Assembly: GCA_964016885.1 (NCBI GenBank)
Contig: OZ024746.1
Span: 41,540,001-41,604,000 of the forward strand
From: Eledone cirrhosa
Lineage: Eukaryota
Direction of reading: 5' to 3'
DNA: 64,000 nt
A program made the translations under genes and the position numbers. Shown in pieces: positions 25,816 to 38,774 of this stretch (position 1 is its first letter; the number at the start of each line of letters is the position of its first letter). The notes beneath the pieces are model-generated. The model searched no databases and had not been told where the DNA came from. It was given only the letters and a program-made list of their open reading frames with translations.

Positions 25816-28800
25816 AAGAAAACATAATAGATGACATACAAAATTGAATGATTTTTTCACAAAACTACAGTATAGACTCACCAGTAAATAAAGTATAGTT
25901 GGGGATTTATATGGAATATTATAATAGATGTTAAGTTAAAACAATGATATGGTAAAGATTTTCTTTCCTGAAAAAGGGAAGACAATATTTTTTAGATGTC
26001 GTCAATGCAAACATCCAGCTGGTATTTACTTGATGGCCAAATTAATTAAATTAATTCTTATTAATCAATCACACTTTAATACATATTTTGCTGCACACAG
26101 AAGAGGATTCTTTTTATGCATGTTGTCATCACGAGGAACAGTTACCTTCATAAGCATTACTACCACAAGAAGGGATTTATCATCAACCCTTCAGCTGGTC
26201 TTGATAGACATATTTAGTTGAACTATAACATCACACATCTTGAAACTGTTCTATTTCTTTGTTCTCAACAGCCTTACTGTATTAGGATCACACACACACA
26301 CACTGTAACATATCACCATATTTCATGCAACATTTGTTAACACCTTAATAGAAGCCCTTTTTATCATTAGCAATAATCTTTTCTTGTTGATCAGATGTGT
26401 TACAGTCAAATTAACTTATTGGCGAGTAGAAAACATTTATTAAATTATTTTTTTTTGTCTTGTAGCTAAATTTATGTTTTCTACATTTGGTGACCCACTA
26501 TGATTTAAACTTGGATGTTTCATGTTATATTTCGATATTTTCAAGATTTGAACATTATTTCATATTCCCATCTGATATTCTTTTCATGATACATTAGCAT
26601 TGCTACAAGCAGTTTTTTAACAAGCAACAATAATCAAGAACATTAACTCTGGTGGCACTAATAACAAGGATATTTACAACAGCAGCATTGGAAGTATTCT
26701 CATCATTAACAATGTTATGTAAGTACAATAATGAAGTCTATAACAAATCTAACCTGGACAAAATGGCTCGGAAGACAAATAAGTTGCTTACAGTTTTCAT
26801 AATACATATGTAAAAGACCTTTGATCTGAATTGTATTTCCTTCTAATACGTTTGACAATATTTAATTGTGTTTCAGTAAGTGAAAATACAGTTTTTATAG
26901 ATAAAATAAATTTTGTACTTAAAATTTGAATACCTGATAAAACATTTGGTACTTCATACACTCATCAAACACAACACAAGGGAGCTAGACATAGCAGCCA
27001 AATCCTTCTTAAATCATACTCCACTATATAAAATTAGGAAAAAAAATTATTAGATAATGCAGCCATAAAATTGTAAAATGACAGGATGGGCACAGCTGGA
27101 GTGTCTTTGGTTATAAGTTTGCTCAATCAGAGTTAATGTTGAGATAAATAACATCACAAAATTAATGCTGTACTTATTCGTATAATACCCCACTGTATTT
27201 AAATCAATTATACAAACTCTAATATATTTATTGTGAGAGCAATGTACAGTGAATATAAATATAGATTATTTCCTCATATATTAACACAGCTTTGTTTGCT
27301 ATTGCAAGTATAGAAGTATATTACTGAAAGTTTCTTACTATTGGCTCCATACATTTTATATGAAAGAAAAATAATTTTTTTTTGTGTTTATCACCAACAG
27401 GAAAATCTAGATCAGAAACTTTATCTCTTAAAATATATCAGAGTGGTAAATTTGCACAGTAGAACAGTTGTAAGAAGCAATGATTTACATATCGCCTGCA
27501 TACAAATCTTAGTTCTGGAAATATCACTTGTCATGTCAGAAAATATTTGCACAACATGTTGAATCATTTCATTTGCTTCACTTCACATAGATACACAAAA
27601 AATCTGATCTTTCTTGTCTTAACTTGTCCTAAATTTGTATTATATACTGTAGATATCTATATTTACTTATTTTATAGGTGCCTCTATTGTCAATAAATAC
27701 AAGAAGCTTAAAAACAGAAATCAATCATGTAGTATGCACTCACCTGGATTCCATAAATATTGTCCACTGAAACATGAGTCCTAATTTGTCCATTCTCTAA
27801 TTGCCTAGAACTATTCTTTTATCTCAGCTTAATTCAATATTTGCTTTGCTTTTTGAGATTTTGTACATATTCAAAGCTATGAAATTAGTTCTCAGTATAT
27901 ATTTCACCTACATGTTCTGGAGATATAGCTCAACTATTTTATGATTTTTGTTCTGTTTTCAGTTCAGCAATGATGCTGACATCAGTATAGCCATAAATCT
28001 GGTGTCACACACATCGTGATTATGCGACAAATTAAAGTGATTCCCTCTTAGTTCTCTTTTCAAAGTATATAAAACACAAATGTCTGACAGTCACATGTTA
28101 GGTAATTCTCTTGCCTTTGAATACATTGCCCTTTCTTGATTCCCTATAATGCAATGCATATAAACATAAGAGAAGCAAATGCCAATGTGAGTGGCATTTA
28201 TATCTCACTGTAGTTATTGTCTATTTCAACATTGTGTGACGACTTAATACAGCAAGCACAACCTTCTGTTTGAAATCTTTGAACAATGAATCAAATCTCT
28301 CATACGCATCAAAAGTTCTGTGAGAAAAGAAACAATAATTCTTTGAATATTTCTGCAAAGTCATGACATATGGTCATGATTTCTGATGTAATTATCATGG
28401 CATTCTTTATGAAAATGTTAAAACTTGCATGAAAGGTTTAAAGCAGTAGTGATTGAAGACATAGCTGAGGAATGTAATATAGTCCAATCTGAGTTGTGGA
28501 GAAAATAACAATTTCATTATTTTGCTGTTTGTATTTAATTTGAAGAGAAATTTATCATATGGTTTAAATTGTTGCTAAGCCAATGCCACAAGGAATTACT
28601 GTAGTGCATCTTACTTTTTTTTTTACTTCATTGTTCATGCAATAATAGAATTTTAAATGATGCTATAAGAAAAATTTCTAATGGTGATAAATCAGTTATG
28701 AAATAAAACTATTTGGTGATAATTTCTATTAAATATTGCAAACGTTATTTGAATATGATTATATTTTGCCTTTAAAATATAGGATATAATCATACCATTG

Positions 28801-29606
28801 TAAAATATGACTTGTAAACCAAACACAAACAGACAAAACAAGAAGGAAACAGATGAAAATTACATCGAAGCTTTTAAAATTTAATAACAGAATGTGAATT
28901 AATATTTTTTTCTCTTTTAAAATCTATCAGTGAAGTTTGAAATAATTCAATAGCAGTATAAAGAATATTTTTCTGAAATATTTAAGGAAAGCTTTCATAT
29001 CAAAACCTTTCCTTGTTCCTTATATGTTGCTTTTAATAATAAAATAACCAAATTCTTATGAACGCTAAGCAATTTTCTTTCTAAAATAATAAGATTTATT
29101 TAAGCGATACCTTTTAGAAAACATACTTTATTTTTAAAATTCTATTTTGAATTCTATTACATTTTATTTTAAAATTATATAATCCTATACAATTTAAAAA
29201 AAATATTTATTAACTATATGAAAGATAACTATGAATTTTTTTCCATTAAACTTTGCTTTTTATTTAATGCAGAATACATTAGAATAATATAGAAATTCTA
29301 AATTGTTGTATATTTGTATTCAGCTATCAACAATTTCAGATTAATGTTCTTTGCATTTCATTTTTAGAAGACAGTGATAGGGTAATTAGAACTCCAGGAA
29401 GCTGTGGCAGATATATCAATTCAATATTAAATGGGTTTGAAATAGGCAAAAGTCAAATGGTTCACTATATTAGTAATTAATTTTGTGTTCATCTTTATTG
29501 CAATTAATCTGTGTTCACATTATTGAATGTATCATGCACATGTGTGTATGTGTGTGTGTACACAAGATGCATATATGGCATACCTACTTTTTCATAGATA
29601 TATGCA

Positions 29607-29705
<99 letters not shown>

Positions 29706-29772
29706 CATCATCATCATCATCAGGTTTAGCGTCCGTGTTCCACGCTTGCATGGGTTTGTATGTATATATATG

Positions 29773-29835
<63 letters not shown>

Positions 29836-29851
29836 GTATATATATATATGT

Positions 29852-29961
<110 letters not shown>

Positions 29962-29979
29962 ATATATATGTGTATATGT

Positions 29980-30720
29980 ATCATCATCATCATCATCACC
30001 GTTTTACGTCCGTTCTTCCACGCTAGCATGGGTTAGACGGGTTGTCCTGTTGTGGGCAGTGTCTGGTCGGCTGACCATGCCTTGCTCATACAGGAACTGA
30101 TTTGGCTTGATTTCTACAGCTGGATGCCCTTCCTAACACCAACCTCATTTACAGTGAGTGCTGGGTGCTTTTTCGTGACGCCTACACGTCCACTTTACAG
30201 TGTGGGCTGGGTGCTTTTTTTGCTGTGGCACCTCCACGACCACCTTGCGGTGGGGGGTGGGGGGGCACATTGTCTATATGCTTCAGCTTGTACCCATGGG
30301 AGGTCGGGTACTCTGTATTACTGCGTGACGTCAGAAGTCACGGTCGTGTGTCATTGTCTTTGAGAGGTGTAATTGGGTAAGGTCGGCTTTTATCACCTCA
30401 TCCCAGGTCATCTTGGGTCTCCCCACTCCACTTCTAGTGCTCTGCACCTTTTTATGCAGCTGTCATCCTTCATACGCATCACATATCCATACCAGCGCAA
30501 CTGCCTCTCCTGCACACAGCATTTGATTCCTCTTATGCTCAGTCTCTCTCTCAATTCATTTATGCTTTGTCGTTCACGTATATTACTGTTACACATCCAT
30601 CGGAGCATGCAGGCTTCGTTTCTCTCTAATCTACGTAAGTCTTCCACCTTCAGCACCCAGGTCTCACTACCATGCAACATCGCTGTTCGGATACACGCAT
30701 CATACAGTCTGCCTTTCATG
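29980..30720 (-). mobile_element. RTE LINE 3' fragment (second subfamily)
   Basis: MKGRLYDACIRTAMLHGSETW...RLERNEACMLRWMC...LRWYG; (CAT)n tail; an extra 3' stub at 29704-29757. Confidence 0.93.
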
Positions 30721-30756
30721 TATATATGTATATATATATATATGTATATATATATG

Positions 30757-30802
<46 letters not shown>

Positions 30803-30804
<2 letters not shown>

Positions 30805-32128
30805 ACGAAGGAAATGTGGTAAGGAACCAGGTGGACCACCAAAGTACTCAATACTTAGGGTAGTAGAGTGGGTAATAGGAACGAATTTATAAAAGAAAAC
30901 AATTTCTGGTTACTATTCCCTAACGACAGCCATCAAGTCTCTCACTGGTACTGCTAGACTATAGAAAAGTTTACTAGGTGGGACGGAATTATAATGAGAC
31001 CCTTTTAAGAGGTAGTAGTAATCAACCGAGTATATCTTACGGTGACGGGTCAACAAGTGGGGGGCCAAAATACTAAAGAAACTACCACGAAATAATAATT
31101 CAGAGTCCCGAGACTAATAAAAAATAATTGTTTCTACCCTAGGCACAAGGCCAGCAACCACCCAGTGCAAAAAATAAACTAATACGAAATAATAATTCAG
31201 AATCCCGAAAAAGAATACTAATACTAACTCTAAGGGTGCCGCTATGATACAAAAATTCTAGTGCAAACTACATAAATGCTCGTACGAAGTATATGAAAAA
31301 TTTGATACGGAAAATTAATTCAGAATCCCCCCCCCCCCCCCAAAAAAAAATAAATACTGATATATGAGAAATTAAAGCAAAGATACCACTAAGAAATGTA
31401 GAAAGCACGGAAAAGGGGCAGCCATCGGATAAGAAAGCAAGTATCCGGGGTCTATCACATCTGCTATAAAAAGCGGAGTCGGCCAATTCTATCATAGAAT
31501 AGGGGAAGAGGTAGGGGTACTGAGGTGGGGGTTCTTTAGTATTTTGGCCCCCCCACTTGTTGACCCGTCACCGTAAGATATACTCGGTTGATTACTACTA
31601 AAAGGGTCTCATTATAATTCCGTCCCATCTAGTAAACTTTTCTATAGTCTAGCGGTACCAGTGAAAGACTTGATGGCTGTCGTTAGGGAATAGTAACCAG
31701 AAATTGTTTTCTTTTTTTTTATATTTAATTGTTTTTTTAACATTCTCGGTATTCTTCTATATATTTACCCCATATTGTTTTACTTATTGTTTCGACTTCC
31801 TCCCCCTCCCCCTCCCTAGTATACTTCCTTGACCTCCTGCCCTGCTGTAGTTGGCACTATCAACGCACAAACTGGGTTTCCTCCACCCCCTCTCCCTCTT
31901 TCTTCTACTGGCAGGTTCAGCTACCCCTTCCTTCCACAAATTGCCATGATAGAATTATGTGTCTCAACAACAAACTTTTGACCAATCCTTGTGACAATCA
32001 CTTTTACCATATATGGAATTACACCCTGAGAAGCTCGGCTATTCATATACCAGGATAAAAATTTTCATTTAGTCCAGAATTAGCCGTCGAAACGGCTTGA
32101 GCTCAGCCGTCGGGGTCCTACTCGTTCA
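30803..32128. mobile_element. Family B non-coding element with 3'-ends-outward inversion and a ~185-bp internal inverted repeat
   Basis: 30803-30883 is the inverted family B 3' end; 30891-31080 is inverted at 31533-31713; the right arm ends ...cctactcgttc, where the left arm begins (6-nt overlap). Confidence 0.75.
32022..32116 (+). ncRNA. Hammerhead-like motif, family B (core altered to CTGAGAA)
   Basis: acc-CTGAGAA-g..cggcta...tagccgtc-GAAA(32089)-cggct-tgagctc-agccg-TC-ggggt. Confidence 0.65.
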
Positions 32129-32180
32129 TATATATATATATAAATATATATGTATATATATGTATAAATATATATATATA

Positions 32181-33087
32181 CGAGGGCAATCCCAAAAGTA
32201 AGGTCTCCAAAGCGATGGGGAAGCAGAGAAACTGCTCGTACGGCTGTTGCCAACACTGTTGTGATTGGTGCTTCATTCACTCCCAAACAATCATGCGCAC
32301 GCTTCACTGGGATGCTCAATCTTGGCTTGGCAGCCGTTGAGAATGGAGCTCCCGTTGAACACTATCACCAAGTGCGAAGTTCGCGCAGTTATTCGGTTAT
32401 TGAACGCAAAAGGCGTTGAACCGAATGAAATTCATCGCCAATTGATGGAATTGTATGGACAGTCGTGCATGGATGTCAAAAACGTTCGTAAGTGGTGTAG
32501 AGAGTTTACAGCCGGTCATACTGAAATTCAAGACAAACAAAGGAGCGGGAGACCGTCAATTTCCGATGAGACAGTCGCAAAGTTTGAGGAAAACATGCGT
32601 AAAGATCGACGGATCACTCTGGATGCTCTCTGCATTTTGGTTCCTGAGGTTTCCCGAAGCACCATCCACAGGATTTTAACGGAAAAATTGCGACTGTCAC
32701 GTCGGAAATTGACGGTCTCCCGCTCCTTTGTCTGTCTTGAATTTCAGTATGACCGGCTGTAAACTCTCTACACCACTTGCGAACGTTTTTGACATCCATG
32801 CACGACTGTCCATACAATTCCATCAATTGGCGATGAATTTCATTCGGTTCAACGCCTTTTGCGTTCAATAACCGAATAACTGCGCGAACTTCGCACTTGG
32901 TGATAGTGTTCAACGGGAGCTCCATTCTCAACGGCTGCCAAGCCAAGATTGAGCATCCCAGTGAAGCGTGCGCATGATTGTTTGGGAGTGAAGGAAGCAC
33001 CAATCACAACAGTGTTGGCAACAGCCGTACGAGCAGTTTCTCTGCTTCCCCATCGCTTTGGAGACCTTACTTTTGGGATTGCCCTCG
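32181..33087. mobile_element. Palindromic mariner derivative (two 5' halves head-out; ~400-bp arms, ~107-bp spacer), TA-flanked
   Basis: TIR cgagggcaatcccaaaagtaaggtctcc at both ends; 32181-32580 is inverted at 32688-33087 with about 5 differences. Confidence 0.95.
32343..32762 (+). pseudogene. Mariner transposase N-terminal HTH DNA-binding region only (no DD34D domain); mirror copy at 32614-32925 on the minus strand
   Basis: EVRAVIRLL...EIHRQL..LYG...VRKWCREF..G...D..RSGRPS; reads into the inverted arm after LTEKL. Confidence 0.9.
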
Positions 33088-33180
<93 letters not shown>

Positions 33181-33181
33181 G

Positions 33182-33214
<33 letters not shown>

Positions 33215-33276
33215 GTATATATATATGTATATATATATATAAAAATATGTATATATATATATATATATATATAAAA

Positions 33277-33318
<42 letters not shown>

Positions 33319-33335
33319 TTATATATATATATACA

Positions 33336-34375
33336 TTTCACTGGTAGTTAGCTCCTCTACCGCCAGGAAAAAAGCTCGTTGAGAAAGTAAAACTCCGTTC
33401 CGCTTGCTCTAGTAGGCTTTTATATTTATATGTGAGCTGATAGAGTACAGTCTAAGGATTTACAGAAACCCATGAAGCTAGATTTAACACCTGTCTAGTG
33501 GGTCCGGGTATGATTTTACATTCATTTAAATTATTGACGTATTGTTTTATTGATATTTTTTATCTGTTTGTCCCGAATCTTCCTTTATCGATTTTATATC
33601 GTATGGTTGATTGTAGACTTGTTCTATATGTGACGGTATTTTAACGATAGTTATAGCTCTGATTCATCTGAATTATTGAGCCCTCTGCCGCTCATGTCGA
33701 ATCTCGTTTATCGTGAACTCGTGCGCCGATTTTTCGATACTCGATCTTTCTAATATATTTAGCTCTGGACATAGCTATCCACCAGTTAATTTTATTGCTC
33801 ATTTTTTGTCGATTCTATTGAGTGATGAATAGCTTTTGTTTTATTTTAACATGTCTATTGAGCACTCTAATTCGATATGTGTATTTCCACATTCACTCGA
33901 ATTGTTTTCGCGGATATAGGGGTTATCTCCCTTGTCTAATGCCATGTGCGTTTTTCACTGGTAGTTAGCTCCTCTACCGCCAGGAAAAAAGCTCGTTGAG
34001 AAAGTAAAACTCCGTTCCGCTTGCTCTAGTAGGCTTTTATATTTATATGTGAGCTGATAGAGTACAGTCTAAGGATTTACAGAAACCCATGAAGCTAGAT
34101 TTAACACCTGTCTAGTGGGTCCGGGTATGATTTTACATTCATTTAAATTATTGACGTATTGTTTTATTGATATTTTTTATCTGTTTGTCCCGAATCTTCC
34201 TTTATCGATTTTATATCGTATGGTTGATTGTAGACTTGTTCTATATGTGACGGTATTTTAACGATAGTTATAGCTCTGATTCATCTGAATTATTGAGCCC
34301 TCTGCCGCTCATGTCGAATCTCGTTTATCGTGAACTCGTGCGCCGATTTTTCGATACTCGATCTTTCTAATATAT
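33336..34375 (+). mobile_element. Non-coding CpG-rich element, 1.7 tandem copies of a 617-bp monomer, inside (TA)n
   Basis: 33336-33758 appears identical to 33953-34375 (offset 617); HHR-like CTGATAG-a-gta..tac-a-GAAA-ccca...tggg-TC at 33437 and 34054; strand inferred from that motif. Confidence 0.75.
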
Positions 34376-34435
34376 ACATATATATATATATATATAAAAA
34401 TATGTATATATATATATATATATGTATATATATAA

Positions 34436-34541
<106 letters not shown>

Positions 34542-34554
34542 GTATATATATATG

Positions 34555-34639
<85 letters not shown>

Positions 34640-34640
34640 G

Positions 34641-36186
34641 TATTGGTGTTGATGAATGGCTTGTGAGAGCTATACAAGCCATGTATAAAGAAACAGTCAG
34701 CAAGGTTAGAATGTTAGAATTAACAACGAATATAGTGAAGAGTTTAGCGTAAAGGTTGGTGTTCATCAGGGCTCCATTCTTAGCCCCCTACTATTTATTA
34801 TTGCCCTTCAGGCTATAACAGTGGAGTTCAAGACCGGCTGCCCATGGCAACTCCTATACGCAGATGATCTAACGCTCATAGCTGAATCAATGGATGAACT
34901 AGAGAAGAAATTCCAAACATGGAACCGTGGCCTAGAATCAAAAGGCCTTAAAATTAACCTGTCTAAGACTAAAGTTCTAGTTTGTAGGAGGGAAAATAGG
35001 GCACCGGTCCCATCCGGGAAATGGCCATGCTCAGTGTGTAGGAAAGGTAGAAACTCCATTTTATGTCCCAAATGCAAAGTATGGGTGCATAAAAGATGTA
35101 GTGGGATCACAGGTAAGCTAACTAAGAACATAGATTTTATATGTGGCCGGTGCTCTGGTGCAATAAGTAGCAGCAAGTGCCCACAGAATACTAGCTCATT
35201 CCATTGCACAGATGGAAATAGTGGACACCTTCCGTTACTTGGGTGACAAAATCAGCAGTGGTGGAGGGTGCTCTGAAAGTACAGTAGCTAGAGTCAGAAC
35301 TGGATGGAAAAAGTTCAGAGAGCTTATACCACTATTAGCCGCTAAAGGGTTCTCTCTAAAGATGAAAGACAGGCTGTATGATGCCTGCATACGAACAGCA
35401 ATGTTACATGGCAGTGAGACCTGGGCATTGTGTGCAGAGGATATACGCAGACTGGAGAGGAACGAAGCTTGCATGCTCCGCTGGATGTGTAATAGTAATA
35501 TACGTGAACGGCAAAGCATAAACGAACTAAGGGAAAAATTAGAAATAAGAGGGATCAGATGTTGTTTACTCGAGAGAAGACTACATTGGTATGGTCACGT
35601 GATGCGCAAGAAAGACGACAGCTGTATAAAAATCTGCAGGGCAATAAAAATAGACGGTAGCCACGGAGTAGGCAGACCCAGAAAAACCTGGGACGACTTG
35701 ATAAATTCCGACCTCACACACTTACACCTCTCCAAGACAATGTCACTGGACCGAGATCTTTGGCGCTAACAGTAATACAGAAGACCCGCCTTACCTAAGT
35801 ACAAAGTAAAACCTACTACAGTCAGTAGGCACCTCTAACAAAATACACCCCTTCCCACTACCCCAACCCCATCCACACCACCCCTTTCAATGTAAAGTCA
35901 TGTTGGTACCACAACATCCAGTCCGAAACAAATGAGGTCGTGTAGGTGTCACGACAAAAAAACACACAGTCCACGCTGTAATGTGGCCGTGTAGGTAACA
36001 CGGTAAAAACCTCCCAGTCCACACTGTAAACGTGGTTGGTGTTAGGAAGGGCATCCAGCTGTAGAAAACCCGCCAGACAGTCCCGTGCGAGCAAGACAAC
36101 CACTCTTACCTCAAGTGGGAAAACTCCCGTCCAAACCCATGCAAGCGTGGAAGATGGACGTTAAATGATGATGATGATGATGATGA

Positions 36187-36190
<4 letters not shown>
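34641..36190 (+). mobile_element. 5'-truncated RTE LINE: RT with inserted PHD-like finger, 3' UTR and (ATG)n tail; frameshifted
   Basis: [56 protein letters not shown]; tail gacgttaaatgatgatgat. Confidence 0.96.
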
Positions 36191-36255
<65 letters not shown>

Positions 36256-36320
36256 AATATATATATGTATATACGATATTGACAAATGGAAACTATATTT
36301 ATCAAATCATATTTATTTCA

Positions 36321-36374
36321 TTATAAATATTTCAAGGACACCAAGTTAAATTATGGCGTGCTTTCATCAGATAA
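36321..36374 (-). ncRNA. Minimal type I hammerhead in the PLE 3' UTR
   Basis: Minus strand: ttat-CTGATGA-aagcacgcca-loop-tggtgtcctt-GAAA-tat-TT-ataa. Confidence 0.75.
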
Positions 36375-36450
36375 AATATAATATAGAGCAGTTTTATAAA
36401 TAAATATTGACATACCCTTAAAGAATGCAACCATGTTGGGATACATATAC

Positions 36451-36830
<380 letters not shown>

Positions 36831-37085
36831 AAACGTTTGGAGTTAGAAGGCCAGAACAATGCAGGTATGGATATAGAATATAAATACAAAGCATACGTGT
36901 GTGTGTGAGAGAGTGAGAGGACATGTTTATATGTAAATGTGGGGGCTAGATGCTCTATCATCTTAAAACTGGTCTATGTGTGTGTATGTGTGTGTGTGAG
37001 AGAGAATAAGTGAAGGTGTAAGCGTGCGTGTGTGTGTGTGTGTGAGATGGTACGTGGAGGTGTAAGTGTGGGGCTAGGTGCTCTA

Positions 37086-37565
37086 TCATGTTAAAAATTG
37101 GGTGTTGAGTTCTAGTCTGTTATTGATTGGTGGTTGTGGTTTATCTATAATTAGTGCTTCTTTAATTCTAAGATTGCCGAGGTTTCTTTCCTTAGCTTCT
37201 ATCCTAATTATTATGTGTTTGTCAGTGTTTTTGCATTTCACTAGGTGTTTCTTAAATGAAGAAGCGTTAGTGTTGAAGTGTTCTTTTAGTCTAATGTGAA
37301 GTCGTCTGGTAGTGCTACCTATGTAGAAATTGCTGCATTTGTCGCACTCTAATCTGTATACGACGTAAGTCTGGTGGCATAGGTCTGTGTTGTCGATGGG
37401 GCAGTTGGCTAGCCTGCAGTGGCCGTCATATCTGGTGGAGTGTCTTTTGGTTAGCTGTCCGCGTAGAGAAGGTCCTGAGTGGGCTAGCTGGATATCTAGT
37501 CTCACTCGTCTGATAGCTCTGCGGATGGCTGTTGTTGTTTCGTCACTGAAGTGTGGGAGCTTCAA
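37086..37565 (-). pseudogene. PLE linker plus GIY-YIG endonuclease
   Basis: C....CP......C...VVYRLECDKC..FYIGSTTRRLHIRLKEH...H...EALII....P.IN.R.E. Confidence 0.92.
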
Positions 37566-37655
37566 GAAGCAGGTATTAGTGCCTCAGGTGTGGTCTCCTC
37601 TGTTGTCTCTGGATGCGCAACGTCCACCGCGAACCGTGCCAGAAACAACAGAGGA

Positions 37656-38001
37656 CACGCCAGAGGTCACGGTCGTGTCTCATCGCCTTTGAGAGGTGTA
37701 ATTGGATAAGGGCGGCTTTTATCACCTCATCCCAGGTCTTCTTGGGTCTCCCCATTCCGCGGTTTCCATCGACTTCTAGTGCCCTGCACCTTTTTATGCA
37801 GCTGTCATCCTTCATATGCATCACATGTCCATACCAACGCAACCGCCTCTCCTGCACGCAGCATTTGATTCCTCTTATGCTCAGTCTCTCTCTCAATTCA
37901 TTTATGCTTTGTCGTTCGCATATATTACTATTACACATCCATCGGACCATGCAGGCTTCATTTCTTTCTAATCTACGCAAGTCTTCCACAGACAGCGCAC
38001 A
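37656..38001 (-). mobile_element. RTE LINE fragment (second subfamily) fused to the PLE 5' end
   Basis: EDLRRLERNEACM.RWMC...RLRWYGHV...GRPKKTWDEV. Confidence 0.92.
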
Positions 38002-38157
38002 CTTATATATACATATATATATATACACACTTATATATACATATATATATATTTCGGTGCACCCGGCCGATTAACTCACTCGATATGCAGTTTGGCTACT
38101 CAGCCGTTAATATGTATAAGGTGAGTATATACGTTCAACAATCTGGCAGGAAGCTAT

Positions 38158-38199
38158 ACGTTGCTGACGATAGCTAATAAGCTTGAAACTAGTACAGCG
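38158..38199 (+). ncRNA. Minimal type I hammerhead in a CpG-rich insert (38052-38465)
   Basis: acgttg-CTGACGA-t-agct-aata-agct-t-GAAA-ctG-TA-cagcgt. Confidence 0.8.
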
Positions 38200-38541
38200 T
38201 TCCTTTGTCAGTGTTGAACAGGCGAGCAACGATGGTTGCTGGACACTGCGGCTTAATACGGGATGTTTGTTTACAAACACACCGAGCATTGTAATGAATG
38301 TTCGGTGAGTCCATACGTACATATATATATGTGTGCATGTATGTATATATATATACATACTACTGTACATCTGTATACATATATGTATGTACGTGTACAT
38401 ACTTATATTTAAGTAACAGCCGTACTAAGAGTGGGAAATGAAATTTCGTTTCATTTTTTCCGTTTATATATATATATACATATATATACATATATATATA
38501 TACATATATATATACATATATATATATACATATATATATAC

Positions 38542-38574
<33 letters not shown>

Positions 38575-38640
38575 CATATATATACATATATATATATCTT
38601 TTTTCTTTATATATATATATATATACATATATACATATAT

Positions 38641-38745
<105 letters not shown>

Positions 38746-38774
38746 CATATATATTTTATATACATATATATAAA

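Noticed and set aside
27745-27805. Minus-strand exon candidate with a strong cag|gtgagt donor (QLENGQIRTHVSVDNIYGIQ)
   Set aside because: The acceptor lacks a pyrimidine tract and no homology was recognised
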